From a virus: DNA of 64,000 nt. How positions within the stretch are numbered: position 1 is the first letter of the stretch; every line of letters starts with the position of its first letter. Of this stretch, positions 9,584-19,797 are shown one piece after another. The stretch is taken from the IMG/VR virus record IMGVR_UViG_3300021091_000015. One strand, 5' to 3'. The position numbers and the translations under genes were made by a program. The notes under the pieces were generated by a model. The model was given only the letters and a program-made list of their open reading frames with translations. It was not told where the DNA came from and searched no databases.

Positions 9584-10378
9584 ATGAATTACACAACCTC
9601 AACAAGGTTTGTTGTACCTCAATCTTTTATTACCAAGGGTAAACAAAGATTAAAACAACACGTTGACACCGTTTACATGAATAACGGTGATGAGTTCGAA
9701 ATCGAACTTTACAATCCCACACAAAATAAAGTTTTGGCCAAGATTGAACTGAATGGTAAATCCATCGGTAATGGTATCATAGTTCGTCCTGGTGAGAGAG
9801 TTTTCCTCGAAAGGTACTTGGACGAGGCAAAGAAGTTTTTGTTCGAAACTTACCTTGTAAATGGGAATAATGAAGAAGTCCAAAAATCCATAGAAAACAA
9901 TGGTGATGTTGTTGTCAAATTTTATGATGAGGTAACAACATATCCCTATTATGGTAGTATTCCTGTTTGGAATAGTAATTGGAATAATAGTGGAACCCTT
10001 AGTTATCCACCGGGTGTAAGAACATTTACAACAAATGGTATGGGTATTGTTGGTTCCTCATCATCTAATTATTCATATGTGAATGATACTGTCACCAGTA
10101 GTATTGATGTGAACCTTAATATACCAAAATTAAAAAAGAGTAAAGAAAGACACGTTGAAACTGGTAGAGTTGAGAAGGGTTCTGAGTCTAACCAAACTTT
10201 TGTTTATGACAACAGTAATTTTAACTCTTTTCCATGTAAAACAAATTGGTGGAAAATAAAACCAAATTCAACCAAAGTGATGGTTAGAGAAGATTTAACT
10301 GTTTACTGTACTGAATGTGGTTCAAAGAGAAAGAAAGATTCTCATAAATTTTGTCCTCATTGCGGAACAAAATATTAA
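9584..10378 (+). CDS. Beta-sandwich protein with C-terminal double zinc ribbon
   Basis: C-terminal CTECG...FCPHCG. Confidence 0.7.
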   Translation: MNYTTSTRFVVPQSFITKGKQRLKQHVDTVYMNNGDEFEIELYNPTQNKVLAKIELNGKSIGNGIIVRPGERVFLERYLDEAKKFLFETYLVNGNNEEVQKSIENNGDVVVKFYDEVTTYPYYGSIPVWNSNWNNSGTLSYPPGVRTFTTNGMGIVGSSSSNYSYVNDTVTSSIDVNLNIPKLKKSKERHVETGRVEKGSESNQTFVYDNSNFNSFPCKTNWWKIKPNSTKVMVREDLTVYCTECGSKRKKDSHKFCPHCGTKY

Positions 10379-10400
10379 AATAAACTAATCGCAAGGTCAT

Positions 10401-10428
10401 AAAAAAAGGGGACATTAGTCCCCTTTTA
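10401..10428. terminator. Bidirectional terminator
   Basis: AAAAAAAGGGGAC-ATTA-GTCCCCTTTT. Confidence 0.85.
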
Positions 10429-10448
10429 TATTATAATGTTTGAATACA

Positions 10449-11318
10449 TTAGATAACTTGTGTGTTGAATTTTCTACATTCACTAAGAATCGTCATTGTG
10501 TCTTTTCCTTTAAAACTAAGATATCTTTCCACCATTTCACTGAACAATCCCTTTATACCACCCCAAACTGCTCCAGCACCTTTAGCGATACCACTTCCGA
10601 TACTTTTAGCAGTAGAACTAACCGCACTTGCTGCTCTGTTCGCCATGTTCGCAGCGCCTTGTTTAAGTTTGTTCCATTGTCCTGATGCCCAACTTTTGGC
10701 GTTTTCCCAAGCGACACCAACTTTATTTTGGATAGTAGCCCAACTTTGTTTTAACCAACCACCTAACATACTACCAAATTCTCTAACATTTGCGGCTGCA
10801 ACTAACACTTTACCCCATTGTTCGATACCAAATTGTTTAAACTGATTAAGTACCCATTTTAGAGTACTTAAAGTCGAGTCGGCCATGGAAGATAATTTTG
10901 CTTCAACCCACTTAGTGCCTTTATTCCAAGCGATTCCTGCAGATATTCCAAGGTTAATTGTCGCTTGGGATAGGGCGGTTGCTGCTCCAACGACAGCTTT
11001 ACCTGTTGCGGATAAAAATTTTAGTATAGCATTACCAACTACTTGACCTACTTTGAATAAACCTTTACCAATTAAAAACACAATAGCTGCGGTTGTGATT
11101 ATGGCGGTAAAAACTGTATTACCAATTTTTATAACAATTTGTTTTGCCCCTTGAACTACTGTATTTGCAGCACTTTTTATTGCTTGTTGTGCTTTTTGTC
11201 CAGCGGCATATCCACTTTGTTGTCCCTGTTGGAAACTTTGAGACATGGTTTGTTCTTCGATTATTTTACTAATCATAGTTTTTAATTGAGATTCGGTAAT
11301 ATGTACTACTCTTTTCAT
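10449..11318 (-). CDS. Ala/Gly-rich amphipathic helical protein with ITESQL leader (tape-measure/ejection-like composition)
   Basis: MKRVVHITESQLKTMISKIIEEQ; periodic Trp; hydrophobic segment; ATATTTAT motifs at 11331 and 11351 (minus). Confidence 0.65.
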   Translation of the reverse strand: MKRVVHITESQLKTMISKIIEEQTMSQSFQQGQQSGYAAGQKAQQAIKSAANTVVQGAKQIVIKIGNTVFTAIITTAAIVFLIGKGLFKVGQVVGNAILKFLSATGKAVVGAATALSQATINLGISAGIAWNKGTKWVEAKLSSMADSTLSTLKWVLNQFKQFGIEQWGKVLVAAANVREFGSMLGGWLKQSWATIQNKVGVAWENAKSWASGQWNKLKQGAANMANRAASAVSSTAKSIGSGIAKGAGAVWGGIKGLFSEMVERYLSFKGKDTMTILSECRKFNTQVI

Positions 11319-11373
11319 TTTTTTTATTTTATAAATATCTTTATTTTACTATAAATATATCATGTTTATAAAA

Positions 11374-12201
11374 TCACTCTGATAATGATGAAACTATTTG
11401 TCCAACGTTTTTGAGTGACCCCCAATGACTTGATGAATTTGATGATGACGCGCCTTGAACTATTCCTTGACCTCTACCTGAAGTATTACCAACAAAAACA
11501 TTTTCAGCTGGAACCCCATTTGAAACCGCATTATTTACAATCATGGTTGTTTTTTGACTTGCACCATATGGTTCTATAATATATATGTTTTTAACATCTA
11601 CATTTGGGTCTTTTGAAATTGATGCGGATTTGGAAGCCCCAGCACTGAACATAAACACAGGTATATTAGGGTTTTGACTTAGAAAATCTTTGATTATTGA
11701 AATATCGGTATTGTAAGGAAATCCCTTAACATTCTTATCTTCACCAAAACCGCTTTTAAACAATCCAACCTGAGCATCAATTTTATAGTCACTGGGTCTA
11801 TAATCCAATCCACCAATTAAAACTGCATCATATTCAGAATTATCTTTTACACGAGAAGTATCTGTTTCACCATCCCATTTGATGTCGATTGAATCTATTG
11901 ATTCCGATAATTTAAACTGTATGGGAATTGATTTTATATCGGAAATACTGATATTTTTTAAAGACAGAGTACCATGAGATATTGGTGCAAATACACCTTG
12001 CATAAATAAAAACTGAAAGTAATAGAAAAGATAATTTTTGTCTATCATGTCAAGATATTCGTCTTTAATTTTGACACCAATATTTTCTTCATAAAATTCT
12101 TTTGAAGGTTTACCAACACTCTGTTCGGAACCTTTTCTTTGTAACCAAAAATCGGCTTCAGGAAAATTGGTTTTAAAAATACAAACGTCTCCTATATTCA
12201 T
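11374..12201 (-). CDS. Two-domain protein: HsdS/TRD-like N-terminus plus alpha/beta-hydrolase-like C-terminus
   Basis: DKNYLFYYFQ...GTLSLKNISISDIKSIPI resembles the type I R-M specificity domain tail; MFSAGA looks like a nucleophile elbow. Confidence 0.45.
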   Translation of the reverse strand: MNIGDVCIFKTNFPEADFWLQRKGSEQSVGKPSKEFYEENIGVKIKDEYLDMIDKNYLFYYFQFLFMQGVFAPISHGTLSLKNISISDIKSIPIQFKLSESIDSIDIKWDGETDTSRVKDNSEYDAVLIGGLDYRPSDYKIDAQVGLFKSGFGEDKNVKGFPYNTDISIIKDFLSQNPNIPVFMFSAGASKSASISKDPNVDVKNIYIIEPYGASQKTTMIVNNAVSNGVPAENVFVGNTSGRGQGIVQGASSSNSSSHWGSLKNVGQIVSSLSE

Positions 12202-13802
12202 ATTTCTGAAAGTCTATCGTTTAAATAAGTATTAAACTCACCATCATCAATATCGGGTGACCATCTATCATCAAGATAGAATCTTGGTTTTTCGTAATAT
12301 TCACCTAATAACTCATGAAAGACACAATGTGTATCGTCATCACATTTCTCAAAGAATTCATCCATCTCGTCTTCACCATAACCCATATTGTCAATAATGT
12401 TCTTTAAGTTAACTCTTATCGTTGCACCTCTATCGTTTAGGTTTAGCACATCTCCATAATCACTAAGTGCATTTCGTAATTGTTTCATTGCATAATCATA
12501 GTATGATGAATTAGCGGAATCGGAGTACGCTGAACCTAATGCATTTATAACTTCATAGTTATCGTCGTACTCATCTATTAATTCATCTATAGACATATTA
12601 GGGTCAAATTCTTCACCCGCCCTATCTCTAAGGTAATCAATAATTATTTTTTTATTATCGTCATCAGCTAAGTATTCTAATGCAGATTTCCAATCATCAT
12701 AATAACCGTCCGTTAATTCCCATATATCACCCGATAATAAAGTCTCAATAAAACCTATTTTCTTTGTACGACCGTTTGCATCTTTTGATTGTCTAATTGT
12801 CCAATCACCATCAACATAATACGGAACAGAATCGGCTTCAATATCCCAATCAAAAATCATATCAGGTTCTTGGAAATCTTGAGTGATACCCATCTTCTGT
12901 AGTTTTCTTTTTAATTTACGAGTGTTAAATATTTCAGGTTTGGATTGATATATCTGCATGATTTGTTCATCAGATAAATCGTTAATACTGAAATCATCAG
13001 AACTATTGTATTCACTACCAAAACCTTTTACGATATCGGTATTCAATATTAAATCAACAACGTAAGGATAAAATTCTGGTCTTGGTTTACTATTCTTGGG
13101 ACCTTTTAATTGGTAAACAATCCCATCATCATCACCAATTGCTGCGGTTAAATGACTTTTATTAATTGTGTAATTATCTTTAAGTTTTTTTGTTTCTCTT
13201 AGTGAAAAGATTGTGTTACTTGAGTTGGTTCTACCACAGTGACCCATACGATTACATTCTTCTCTTGAATCGTTTGTATTAAGGTCCACCCAATAAAACC
13301 CAACACCATCTTTATCTCTATAATCTTTAATTACGTCATTTTTTTCAACATAATTAATATCACCCCCTCCCGATGTTAGTTCTTGATGCCATTTTCTTGA
13401 TTCAGAATATAATTGGTTGAAATCTAAATTTTTATATTCGCCTAAATTTCCGTTCAAACCAATACGAATCCAGTCCATTATCGATACGATATTACTTCTC
13501 ATACCTCTAACACCGGCACTTTTATTTATTGCATCAATACCCATTTTTCTTCTATACTCGGGGTCTTTTCTAAAAGCTTCTCTAGCTAGTTCTTTTTCAT
13601 ATTCGGGTACCGCACTCATCATATATTCTAATCTTTGTTGTGCAAATACATCGATTAGTTTATTGGCTAATATGATTGATAACGGACCACCCAATTCTTC
13701 AATTTGGTCGGCATTTTCGGGACTCAAACCAAGTTTGTTTACCAATATATCTTTTCTATTGGCTTCAAGAATTAACTCTTCAATTAAATTTATTGTTTTC
13801 AT
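12198..13802 (-). CDS. PcfJ-like domain protein with LIEELILEA leader
   Basis: SREECNRMGHCG...IFSLR...QLKGPKN matches the PcfJ-like E...HC pattern. Confidence 0.55.
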   Translation of the reverse strand: MKTINLIEELILEANRKDILVNKLGLSPENADQIEELGGPLSIILANKLIDVFAQQRLEYMMSAVPEYEKELAREAFRKDPEYRRKMGIDAINKSAGVRGMRSNIVSIMDWIRIGLNGNLGEYKNLDFNQLYSESRKWHQELTSGGGDINYVEKNDVIKDYRDKDGVGFYWVDLNTNDSREECNRMGHCGRTNSSNTIFSLRETKKLKDNYTINKSHLTAAIGDDDGIVYQLKGPKNSKPRPEFYPYVVDLILNTDIVKGFGSEYNSSDDFSINDLSDEQIMQIYQSKPEIFNTRKLKRKLQKMGITQDFQEPDMIFDWDIEADSVPYYVDGDWTIRQSKDANGRTKKIGFIETLLSGDIWELTDGYYDDWKSALEYLADDDNKKIIIDYLRDRAGEEFDPNMSIDELIDEYDDNYEVINALGSAYSDSANSSYYDYAMKQLRNALSDYGDVLNLNDRGATIRVNLKNIIDNMGYGEDEMDEFFEKCDDDTHCVFHELLGEYYEKPRFYLDDRWSPDIDDGEFNTYLNDRLSEI

Positions 13803-15616
13803 CTAAATCTATTAAAGGAAACTATTGTCTCAAATAATTTATAGTTTGTGGCGTAAGATGCCAAATTGTCCACTTTTACCGGTCCGTCAAATCTTTCCCC
13901 CGTTTTTTTATTGTAGTAAGTAATATTAACACTTTCTTTCTCACAATCAATTTTTAATGATGGGATGTATATTGAAAACTCTTCGTTATCAATTGTTGTT
14001 TGACCTTTAAAAACATTTTGAATCGTGTTGTTTAATATAGTTCTAAGTTCACCACACCTTTTAACCCCTTCACTATTATCAATAATATTTCCAAAATAAT
14101 TCTCAATGAAAGTTTTCATTTCATCGTAGGTTACATTTTCTTGTTGATAATCCCAAATACCTTCGTAATCGTTATCTATGTCGTAATAACTAACATATTC
14201 GTTTAATACATCTTCCATGAGGATATTAGTACCATCGATTGTTGTATATCCTTTTTTAACTAAGAACAATAAAAAATAAGGTATTCTAACAATGACTTTA
14301 TCTTCTCTATATCTGTAATCAAAATCTATATATTTTTCAATAGCATCAACTTCAACTTGAACCGCACCCTCATAAAAACCATAATTTTTATTAACAAACA
14401 ATGATGAGTAATCATCCCACAAACTATCACTTTCAACAAAATTATCATATTGGTCGGCTTTGAATTGTTCGTAATTCAAATAACCAAGATTTGATTTTAT
14501 TTCACTTTCATTTTGTTTATAATATTCTTCTAAATAATCTTCAAGGGTTGATTTGATATAATCACTGTCTTCGTTATTCATCCTATCCCACAACATATCA
14601 TAACCTGATTGTGCTTCAGCTTGGTAATAAGTTAAAGTATCTTTTGTTGTTTGAAGACTACCGCCGTAGTTTGACTTAAATGATAATATAAAATTTTCTC
14701 TATCTATTTCAAAATCACTAATGTCATTATCGGTTATTAGCTCTCTTAATTTATCTTCATCTTTTTGAACAAAAGCCATAATCAAAGGATTTGATTGTGC
14801 TGTTTTTGAGATTATTTTGTTCACAAGAATACCAGCATCATCTTCGTCTAAAGCGTTCATTCTTGCAATTTGTTGTTTTACAATATCTTCGGGTTGGTCA
14901 TCGCTTATCAAAGAAGGAAAAAAGAAATTTTTAACATCGGGATTTTCATTTAAAAATTCAGTAACATTAATTCTTTTATCATCCCTGTCCATATATTGTT
15001 TTGATTCGAAATGGAACTGGTACTTATCATTTACGTCAGAATCGGATATTAGAATATATAATGGACCCTGAGTATGGTAACGATTGAAAAGACTACCTCT
15101 GTCTTTGTGTTTTGGATTTAATGATTTTGGTCCCCACGTTGTACACCACTCGGTATTAACACCTAAAGTACATGAAGCTTTTTCTGTAAAAGGTGTAAAT
15201 ATTGTGAATTTTCTACCCCTGAAAAGTTCTTTATATTCTTTTTCATTGAGCGCGGAAATAATTGAACCTAAATCTTTTGTGTCTCTTGTGTAATAGTTTT
15301 TAACTACATCGTAAAGGTCTGTCAGGGATTTGATTTTAGTAACATCTAAAGCAACATTGTGTTTATAGACATATTCTAAGTACTCTTTTGCTCTTGGTAA
15401 ATCTTCGAGTTTTAACCCTTTTTTTCTATAAAGATTAATTAATAGTTTAGCGTACTTACCAATTCTCTTAATTCCCGACTCAGCGGATAATGAGAGGGGG
15501 TCCGCCATTACGATTTGATTGAACTCATCTCTTGGCAGGTCTTTATAATATGAATTGTAAATTTCATCAGGGGTGGCCTCCAATATAATAGACTCAATAA
15601 GATTTAAAATTTTCAC
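13799..15616 (-). CDS. Large protein related to the PcfJ-like/WC-motif family, LIESIILEA leader
   Basis: ASCTLGVNTEWCTT...LYI...KYQFHF...MDRDD; GTG start; GTATTTAT upstream. Confidence 0.55.
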   Translation of the reverse strand: MKILNLIESIILEATPDEIYNSYYKDLPRDEFNQIVMADPLSLSAESGIKRIGKYAKLLINLYRKKGLKLEDLPRAKEYLEYVYKHNVALDVTKIKSLTDLYDVVKNYYTRDTKDLGSIISALNEKEYKELFRGRKFTIFTPFTEKASCTLGVNTEWCTTWGPKSLNPKHKDRGSLFNRYHTQGPLYILISDSDVNDKYQFHFESKQYMDRDDKRINVTEFLNENPDVKNFFFPSLISDDQPEDIVKQQIARMNALDEDDAGILVNKIISKTAQSNPLIMAFVQKDEDKLRELITDNDISDFEIDRENFILSFKSNYGGSLQTTKDTLTYYQAEAQSGYDMLWDRMNNEDSDYIKSTLEDYLEEYYKQNESEIKSNLGYLNYEQFKADQYDNFVESDSLWDDYSSLFVNKNYGFYEGAVQVEVDAIEKYIDFDYRYREDKVIVRIPYFLLFLVKKGYTTIDGTNILMEDVLNEYVSYYDIDNDYEGIWDYQQENVTYDEMKTFIENYFGNIIDNSEGVKRCGELRTILNNTIQNVFKGQTTIDNEEFSIYIPSLKIDCEKESVNITYYNKKTGERFDGPVKVDNLASYATNYKLFETIVSFNRFR

Positions 15617-15705
15617 AATAATTGACTTACTATTATAAATACCCGAAACAATATCTTTTTTTCAGACTATTTATAATATGAAATAAACCTTAATACACAA
15701 AAAAA

Positions 15706-16299
15706 ATGAGTTGTTACACAAAAGAACAAATTGAAGAGGTTGTCAAATCTAAAGGTTATGTTTGGTTTGAGGGTACAAAAGACTACGATGTTAATATCGT
15801 TGGAATCAGAAACTCAAGTACGGGTGATAAAGTTACAAACGTATTTGATGATTGTTTAACCGTTTCCTATAAAGAAGGTGGTGTGTGGAAATCTCATTGT
15901 TGGCCCGCCACAACTGACCCTGGTAAAAAGGGTGTCATGGAGTATCATAATGCTGCGGGGGTGGCTAGATTGGTACCGGGTCAATATAGAGGGTCTCACA
16001 CAATCGGACTACACCAAGGTAAATATGAGGCGTTAAAACAACAAAAACCCGTAAAAGTATATCGTGATAAAGATAAGGACATGCAGTATGATGAAAATGT
16101 GATTCAAGAGGGTGTTTTCGGTATCAACATTCACAAAGCGGGTGCAGATTCTACATATGTAGAAAATTGGTCAGAGGGTTGTCAAGTTTTTAAAAAATCC
16201 GCAGATTTTGATAGTTTTATGAAAATAATGAATAAAGCGGCGTCGATACACGGTAAATCTTTTACATACACTCTTGTAGAATCAAAGGATATTAAATAG
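15706..16299 (+). CDS. Putative peptidoglycan enzyme, YkuD/L,D-transpeptidase-like fold
   Basis: GINIHKAG...WSEGCQV (H...S-x-G-C catalytic motif). Confidence 0.65.
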   Translation: MSCYTKEQIEEVVKSKGYVWFEGTKDYDVNIVGIRNSSTGDKVTNVFDDCLTVSYKEGGVWKSHCWPATTDPGKKGVMEYHNAAGVARLVPGQYRGSHTIGLHQGKYEALKQQKPVKVYRDKDKDMQYDENVIQEGVFGINIHKAGADSTYVENWSEGCQVFKKSADFDSFMKIMNKAASIHGKSFTYTLVESKDIK

Positions 16300-16303
16300 T
16301 TTT

Positions 16304-16900
16304 ATGGAAAAACTTATAAAGAAAATATTAAAAGAATATGTTGAGAAATCATTAGAAGAACTAATGCCAACAGTTCATTATGAAAAAAATATTAACGTAA
16401 GATTTAGGGGTCCATTAGAATATACTGTTAGAAAATTTTCAAGAACAAGAGGTAAATTGGAAATGAGAGACGTTGGGACGTATACATTATCAAAAAGAGA
16501 AAAATCAGAAGCGGAGTCAAATATAGATGAAGTGATGAAAGTTGATGTACCTGAAAATTTGGTTTTTGGTATTGAAGTTTACAGGTTTAATATTGATATT
16601 GACAGGATAAATTTTTTCTCCAAAGACGATAAGTATGAAACTTTAAGAGACACTCTCAGAGATGAAAATCCCGCATCAATATATTTGGTTGACCCACAAA
16701 CAGAATCTGTTGGTGACATTTTATTTTTTGTCATAAAAGAAAATAAAGTTATTACAACGTTTTTGGAAAGGTCATTTAATTATGATTCTATTAAACAAAA
16801 AAGAAATTTAGATTTTTTAATCAAAGCCGGCGACATTAAAAATTATTCGGTACCAAAAAAAGACAAACCATTTAATTTTAACGATTGGAGAAGGTCATAA
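16304..16900 (+). CDS. Hypothetical protein with LIKKILKE leader
   Basis: ORF. Confidence 0.65.
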   Translation: MEKLIKKILKEYVEKSLEELMPTVHYEKNINVRFRGPLEYTVRKFSRTRGKLEMRDVGTYTLSKREKSEAESNIDEVMKVDVPENLVFGIEVYRFNIDIDRINFFSKDDKYETLRDTLRDENPASIYLVDPQTESVGDILFFVIKENKVITTFLERSFNYDSIKQKRNLDFLIKAGDIKNYSVPKKDKPFNFNDWRRS

Positions 16901-16930
16901 AAAAGGGGAAGAGTAGCGAACCTTCCCCCT
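16899..16930. terminator. Terminator hairpin
   Basis: AAAAAAGGGGAAG-AGTAGCGAAC-CTTCCCC. Confidence 0.7.
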
Positions 16931-16984
16931 AAATCCGTGAACTAGTCCCGGTCCTAAGTGGGATTTCAACCCCAACTATCTTTA

Positions 16985-17602
16985 TTAGAATTCTAAAAAT
17001 TTCTTTAAATCACCCATAACATCAAGTTTTTTTGGTTTAAATAACTTACCAAATATGTTTGGAAACTTTGATTTATGTTTAGAAATTATTTGAACCGCAA
17101 TACTACCTCTTTTCATACCTTCTTGAGATGAATTCGCCGGTCTCTCAAAATTTTTGGTAAAAACCGCAGCAGTGTCTTTAGTAGATAAATTCGGGTTAAA
17201 TAACGCTTGTTTAGTTGCAGAGTAATAAGGTATTGTTTTTATCTCATGCATTAAGTAATCTACTTGGGTTGAAATATCGTCAGGACTTTTACCTTTCTTT
17301 TTTGCAAAATCAATCAGACCTCGTTTTCTCGATTCTCTCCATTGTGCAATCCCAACAGAAGACCCTCCGGGAATATTTTTGTCTCCAACCGCTTTTGGTT
17401 GGAATCTACTTTCCGCATATAAATTACCCATCACCGCAGCAATACTTTTTTCAGGTAATCCGTGTTGTTTTAATCTATTATATATCAACTCAGCATTTGA
17501 ATTCCAACTTGATGAACTGTATTTAACATCTTCATTAATTAAATTCTCTTTTTCTAATTTTATTAATGACTTTAATTGTGATTCTGTAATTAATATTTTC
17601 AT
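16985..17602 (-). CDS. Phage tail-type lysozyme domain protein with ITESQL leader
   Basis: AAVMGNLYAES...GIAQW...QVDYLMHE...FERP are phage tail lysozyme motifs. Confidence 0.8.
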   Translation of the reverse strand: MKILITESQLKSLIKLEKENLINEDVKYSSSSWNSNAELIYNRLKQHGLPEKSIAAVMGNLYAESRFQPKAVGDKNIPGGSSVGIAQWRESRKRGLIDFAKKKGKSPDDISTQVDYLMHEIKTIPYYSATKQALFNPNLSTKDTAAVFTKNFERPANSSQEGMKRGSIAVQIISKHKSKFPNIFGKLFKPKKLDVMGDLKKFLEF

Positions 17603-17603
17603 A

Positions 17604-17957
17604 TTAATTTTCTTTGATTAATAACTCACCTAAAACTTCAATTTTACCAACTAATTCTTGAAATGGTATTTGTTTAATACCCATACCATCTTTGGTTGAT
17701 TCGTATAGTTTTTCTAACAATTTTTTATATTCTTTTTCCATCGCTTCTTTGGTTAGTTTACCTTCAGATGCTTTCTTGTAATATGGTAATTTAACAACAA
17801 AGTGATGATAAGTCAATAAAGCAAGTCCACCTTTCTCTTTAGCATTTTCACTAATTTTTTTCGCACCACCCATTCGGGTTTCTGCAAATTTTTCAAATTC
17901 GGTTAATTCCGATTCGATAAGTCTTTTTAATTGAGATTCTGATAATAGTATTTTCAT
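17604..17957 (-). CDS. Hypothetical protein with LSESQL leader
   Basis: MKILLSESQLKRLIESE. Confidence 0.7.
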   Translation of the reverse strand: MKILLSESQLKRLIESELTEFEKFAETRMGGAKKISENAKEKGGLALLTYHHFVVKLPYYKKASEGKLTKEAMEKEYKKLLEKLYESTKDGMGIKQIPFQELVGKIEVLGELLIKEN

Positions 17958-17958
17958 G

Positions 17959-18687
17959 TTATCTACAGTTCCACAATACGGGGTCAGTTTCGAAGAGGTT
18001 TTTGAAATCTAAGAACACAAGTTCCGCAAGTTTCACCAAGAAACTCTTTTGGATATCTAAACCACAACTAACGCTTATTCTTCCAAGACCTTCATAGATA
18101 TGACACCTAAGAAGACGTAGGATTAACCATGCCCCAATTGCAATAAAAACACCCGTAGGTAATCCCAATAAGAAAATCTTAACAGATTCCCATGCTGCAA
18201 GTGCACCCGCTTGTTCGTTAACCTGTGTGGGTTGTGCTTGTGGTGCCGGTTGTTTATCTTGTCTTTTCTGTCTTCTCATTGCTTTGAGTTCCTGAATCAT
18301 TTTCTTTAACTCATATTTTGTTGCATTTGGAAGAACGGGATTCAACATCTCGGCAACCTTTGATTTTGCTTCGGTTACTTCAGGTGTGTTTTGGTCTGCA
18401 CCATTTACATCTTGAGCACTAACACCAAGACCTTTAATTTCATTAGCCAATGAGCTAACCAATTGCATTCCTTTTCGGGATTCGGGGCTAAAACATAAAT
18501 CTTGTTGGTTAACCTCTTTAATATCTTTTACTTCTTTATCATATTTCTTAAATCTATCTGGATTTGACATTAAAGCGCTTTTTGGGAATATCCTTTTTTT
18601 ACGAGTGTTTGCAAGGGTCCTTGACCTTTCTTCAATTTCACCGTCTATAATCTTCTTTAATTGAGATTCTGTTATGATGTACTTCAT
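17959..18687 (-). CDS. Hypothetical protein with ITESQL leader and C-terminal TM segment
   Basis: MKYIITESQLKKII; hydrophobic segment after VNEQ; GTATTTAT upstream. Confidence 0.7.
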   Translation of the reverse strand: MKYIITESQLKKIIDGEIEERSRTLANTRKKRIFPKSALMSNPDRFKKYDKEVKDIKEVNQQDLCFSPESRKGMQLVSSLANEIKGLGVSAQDVNGADQNTPEVTEAKSKVAEMLNPVLPNATKYELKKMIQELKAMRRQKRQDKQPAPQAQPTQVNEQAGALAAWESVKIFLLGLPTGVFIAIGAWLILRLLRCHIYEGLGRISVSCGLDIQKSFLVKLAELVFLDFKNLFETDPVLWNCR

Positions 18688-18723
18688 ATCATATAAATAC
18701 TTTAGAATTTATTATAAAAGCAT

Positions 18724-18748
18724 AAAAAACCCCTTGACGGGGTTTTTT
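18724..18748. terminator. Terminator
   Basis: AAAAAACCCC-TTGAC-GGGGTTTTTT. Confidence 0.8.
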
Positions 18749-18764
18749 GTTTTTAATCATAAAA

Positions 18765-19193
18765 TTATTTTAATTTTGAACTCAAACTTTCGATAATGGG
18801 ATTTCCCATGTATTTGTTGAATGTGTTTTTGAGTGATTTTTGTCCTTCGTTTAATGAATAATCATCTTCCATGGTCATACCTGTTTCCATGTCAATTTCG
18901 GCGTCTGCGGGTACATCTGAATAATCATCTTCTTCTAATTCAACATTAATTTCTCTTGGTGGATTAGGTAATTGGTTGGGGTCATTTTTACCCATATTGT
19001 AATCAACAAATTCACCATCCTCAACATCTAAATTAATTTTCGCTGGTGGATTAGGTAATTGATTAGGTCTATTCATACCCATATTATAATCGACAGGTTC
19101 AATATCTTCGAGACTTTCTCGTAATTTTTGTTTAGTATTGTATTGAATAAGTCTTTTCAATTGTGACTCTCTAAATATAACTTTTTTTCCCAT
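18765..19193 (-). CDS. Acidic protein with RESQL leader and a tandem peptide repeat
   Basis: VDYNMGxNxPNQLPNPPxxIN occurs twice. Confidence 0.7.
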   Translation of the reverse strand: MGKKVIFRESQLKRLIQYNTKQKLRESLEDIEPVDYNMGMNRPNQLPNPPAKINLDVEDGEFVDYNMGKNDPNQLPNPPREINVELEEDDYSDVPADAEIDMETGMTMEDDYSLNEGQKSLKNTFNKYMGNPIIESLSSKLK

Positions 19194-19234
19194 TTTTCAG
19201 TTTGTTTACATATATAAATATCAAGTAATATTAA

Positions 19235-19492
19235 TTAATACCTACCACTGAGGTAAACATATAAAACTTCTGGTATTTTAGTGCATGTTTGTTTAATACC
19301 TCCTTGGTCATAACAATCAATGTATGGTAGTTTTTCTATTATGTCTCTAATTTCTTTAGGTACAACATAATAACCTTTTTGATTTTTAACTAATAATCTT
19401 TTGACTAAAGTTTCTCTATGATAGAGTTTGTCAGGTTCGTAATATTCTTTTAGAATATTTTTGTATTGGGATTCCGATATTAATATTTTCAC
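19235..19492 (-). CDS. Hypothetical protein with ISESQY leader
   Basis: GTG start at 19492 gives MKILISESQYKNILKEY, matching the family leader. Confidence 0.6.
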   Translation of the reverse strand: MKILISESQYKNILKEYYEPDKLYHRETLVKRLLVKNQKGYYVVPKEIRDIIEKLPYIDCYDQGGIKQTCTKIPEVLYVYLSGRY

Positions 19493-19608
19493 AGTATTAA
19501 ATTTTAATTTTACTAAACAATTTAACAATTGAATAGTGTGACATAAAAACAAAAAACAAAATTAGGTAAGTAACGTAATTGAGTTTTTTCATTTACATAT
19601 AAATATAT

Positions 19609-19797
19609 TTACTCGTCTTTTTTTTCGTTTACGGATTGTAAAAAGTATCGAACACCGTCATGGATAATAAATTGAAGAGGCATGACTGTTGTTATGTTTA
19701 AGTTTGGGGTCCAAATTTCAGTAACACCAAAACCTTTGTTTTGTGGTTTCATAACCACTTTTTTGTTTGTAAATTTAACACTTCTTAATTCTGACAT
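19609..19797 (-). CDS. Small hypothetical protein
   Basis: 62-aa ORF filling the gap on the coding strand. Confidence 0.45.
   Translation of the reverse strand: MSELRSVKFTNKKVVMKPQNKGFGVTEIWTPNLNITTVMPLQFIIHDGVRYFLQSVNEKKDE

Noticed and set aside
10440-10845. Plus-strand ORFs 10440-10685 and 10462-10845, and similar antisense ORFs throughout (e.g. 13417, 41470, 47852, 55469, 60270)
   Set aside because: They are shadows of longer opposite-strand genes, with no motifs or expression signals
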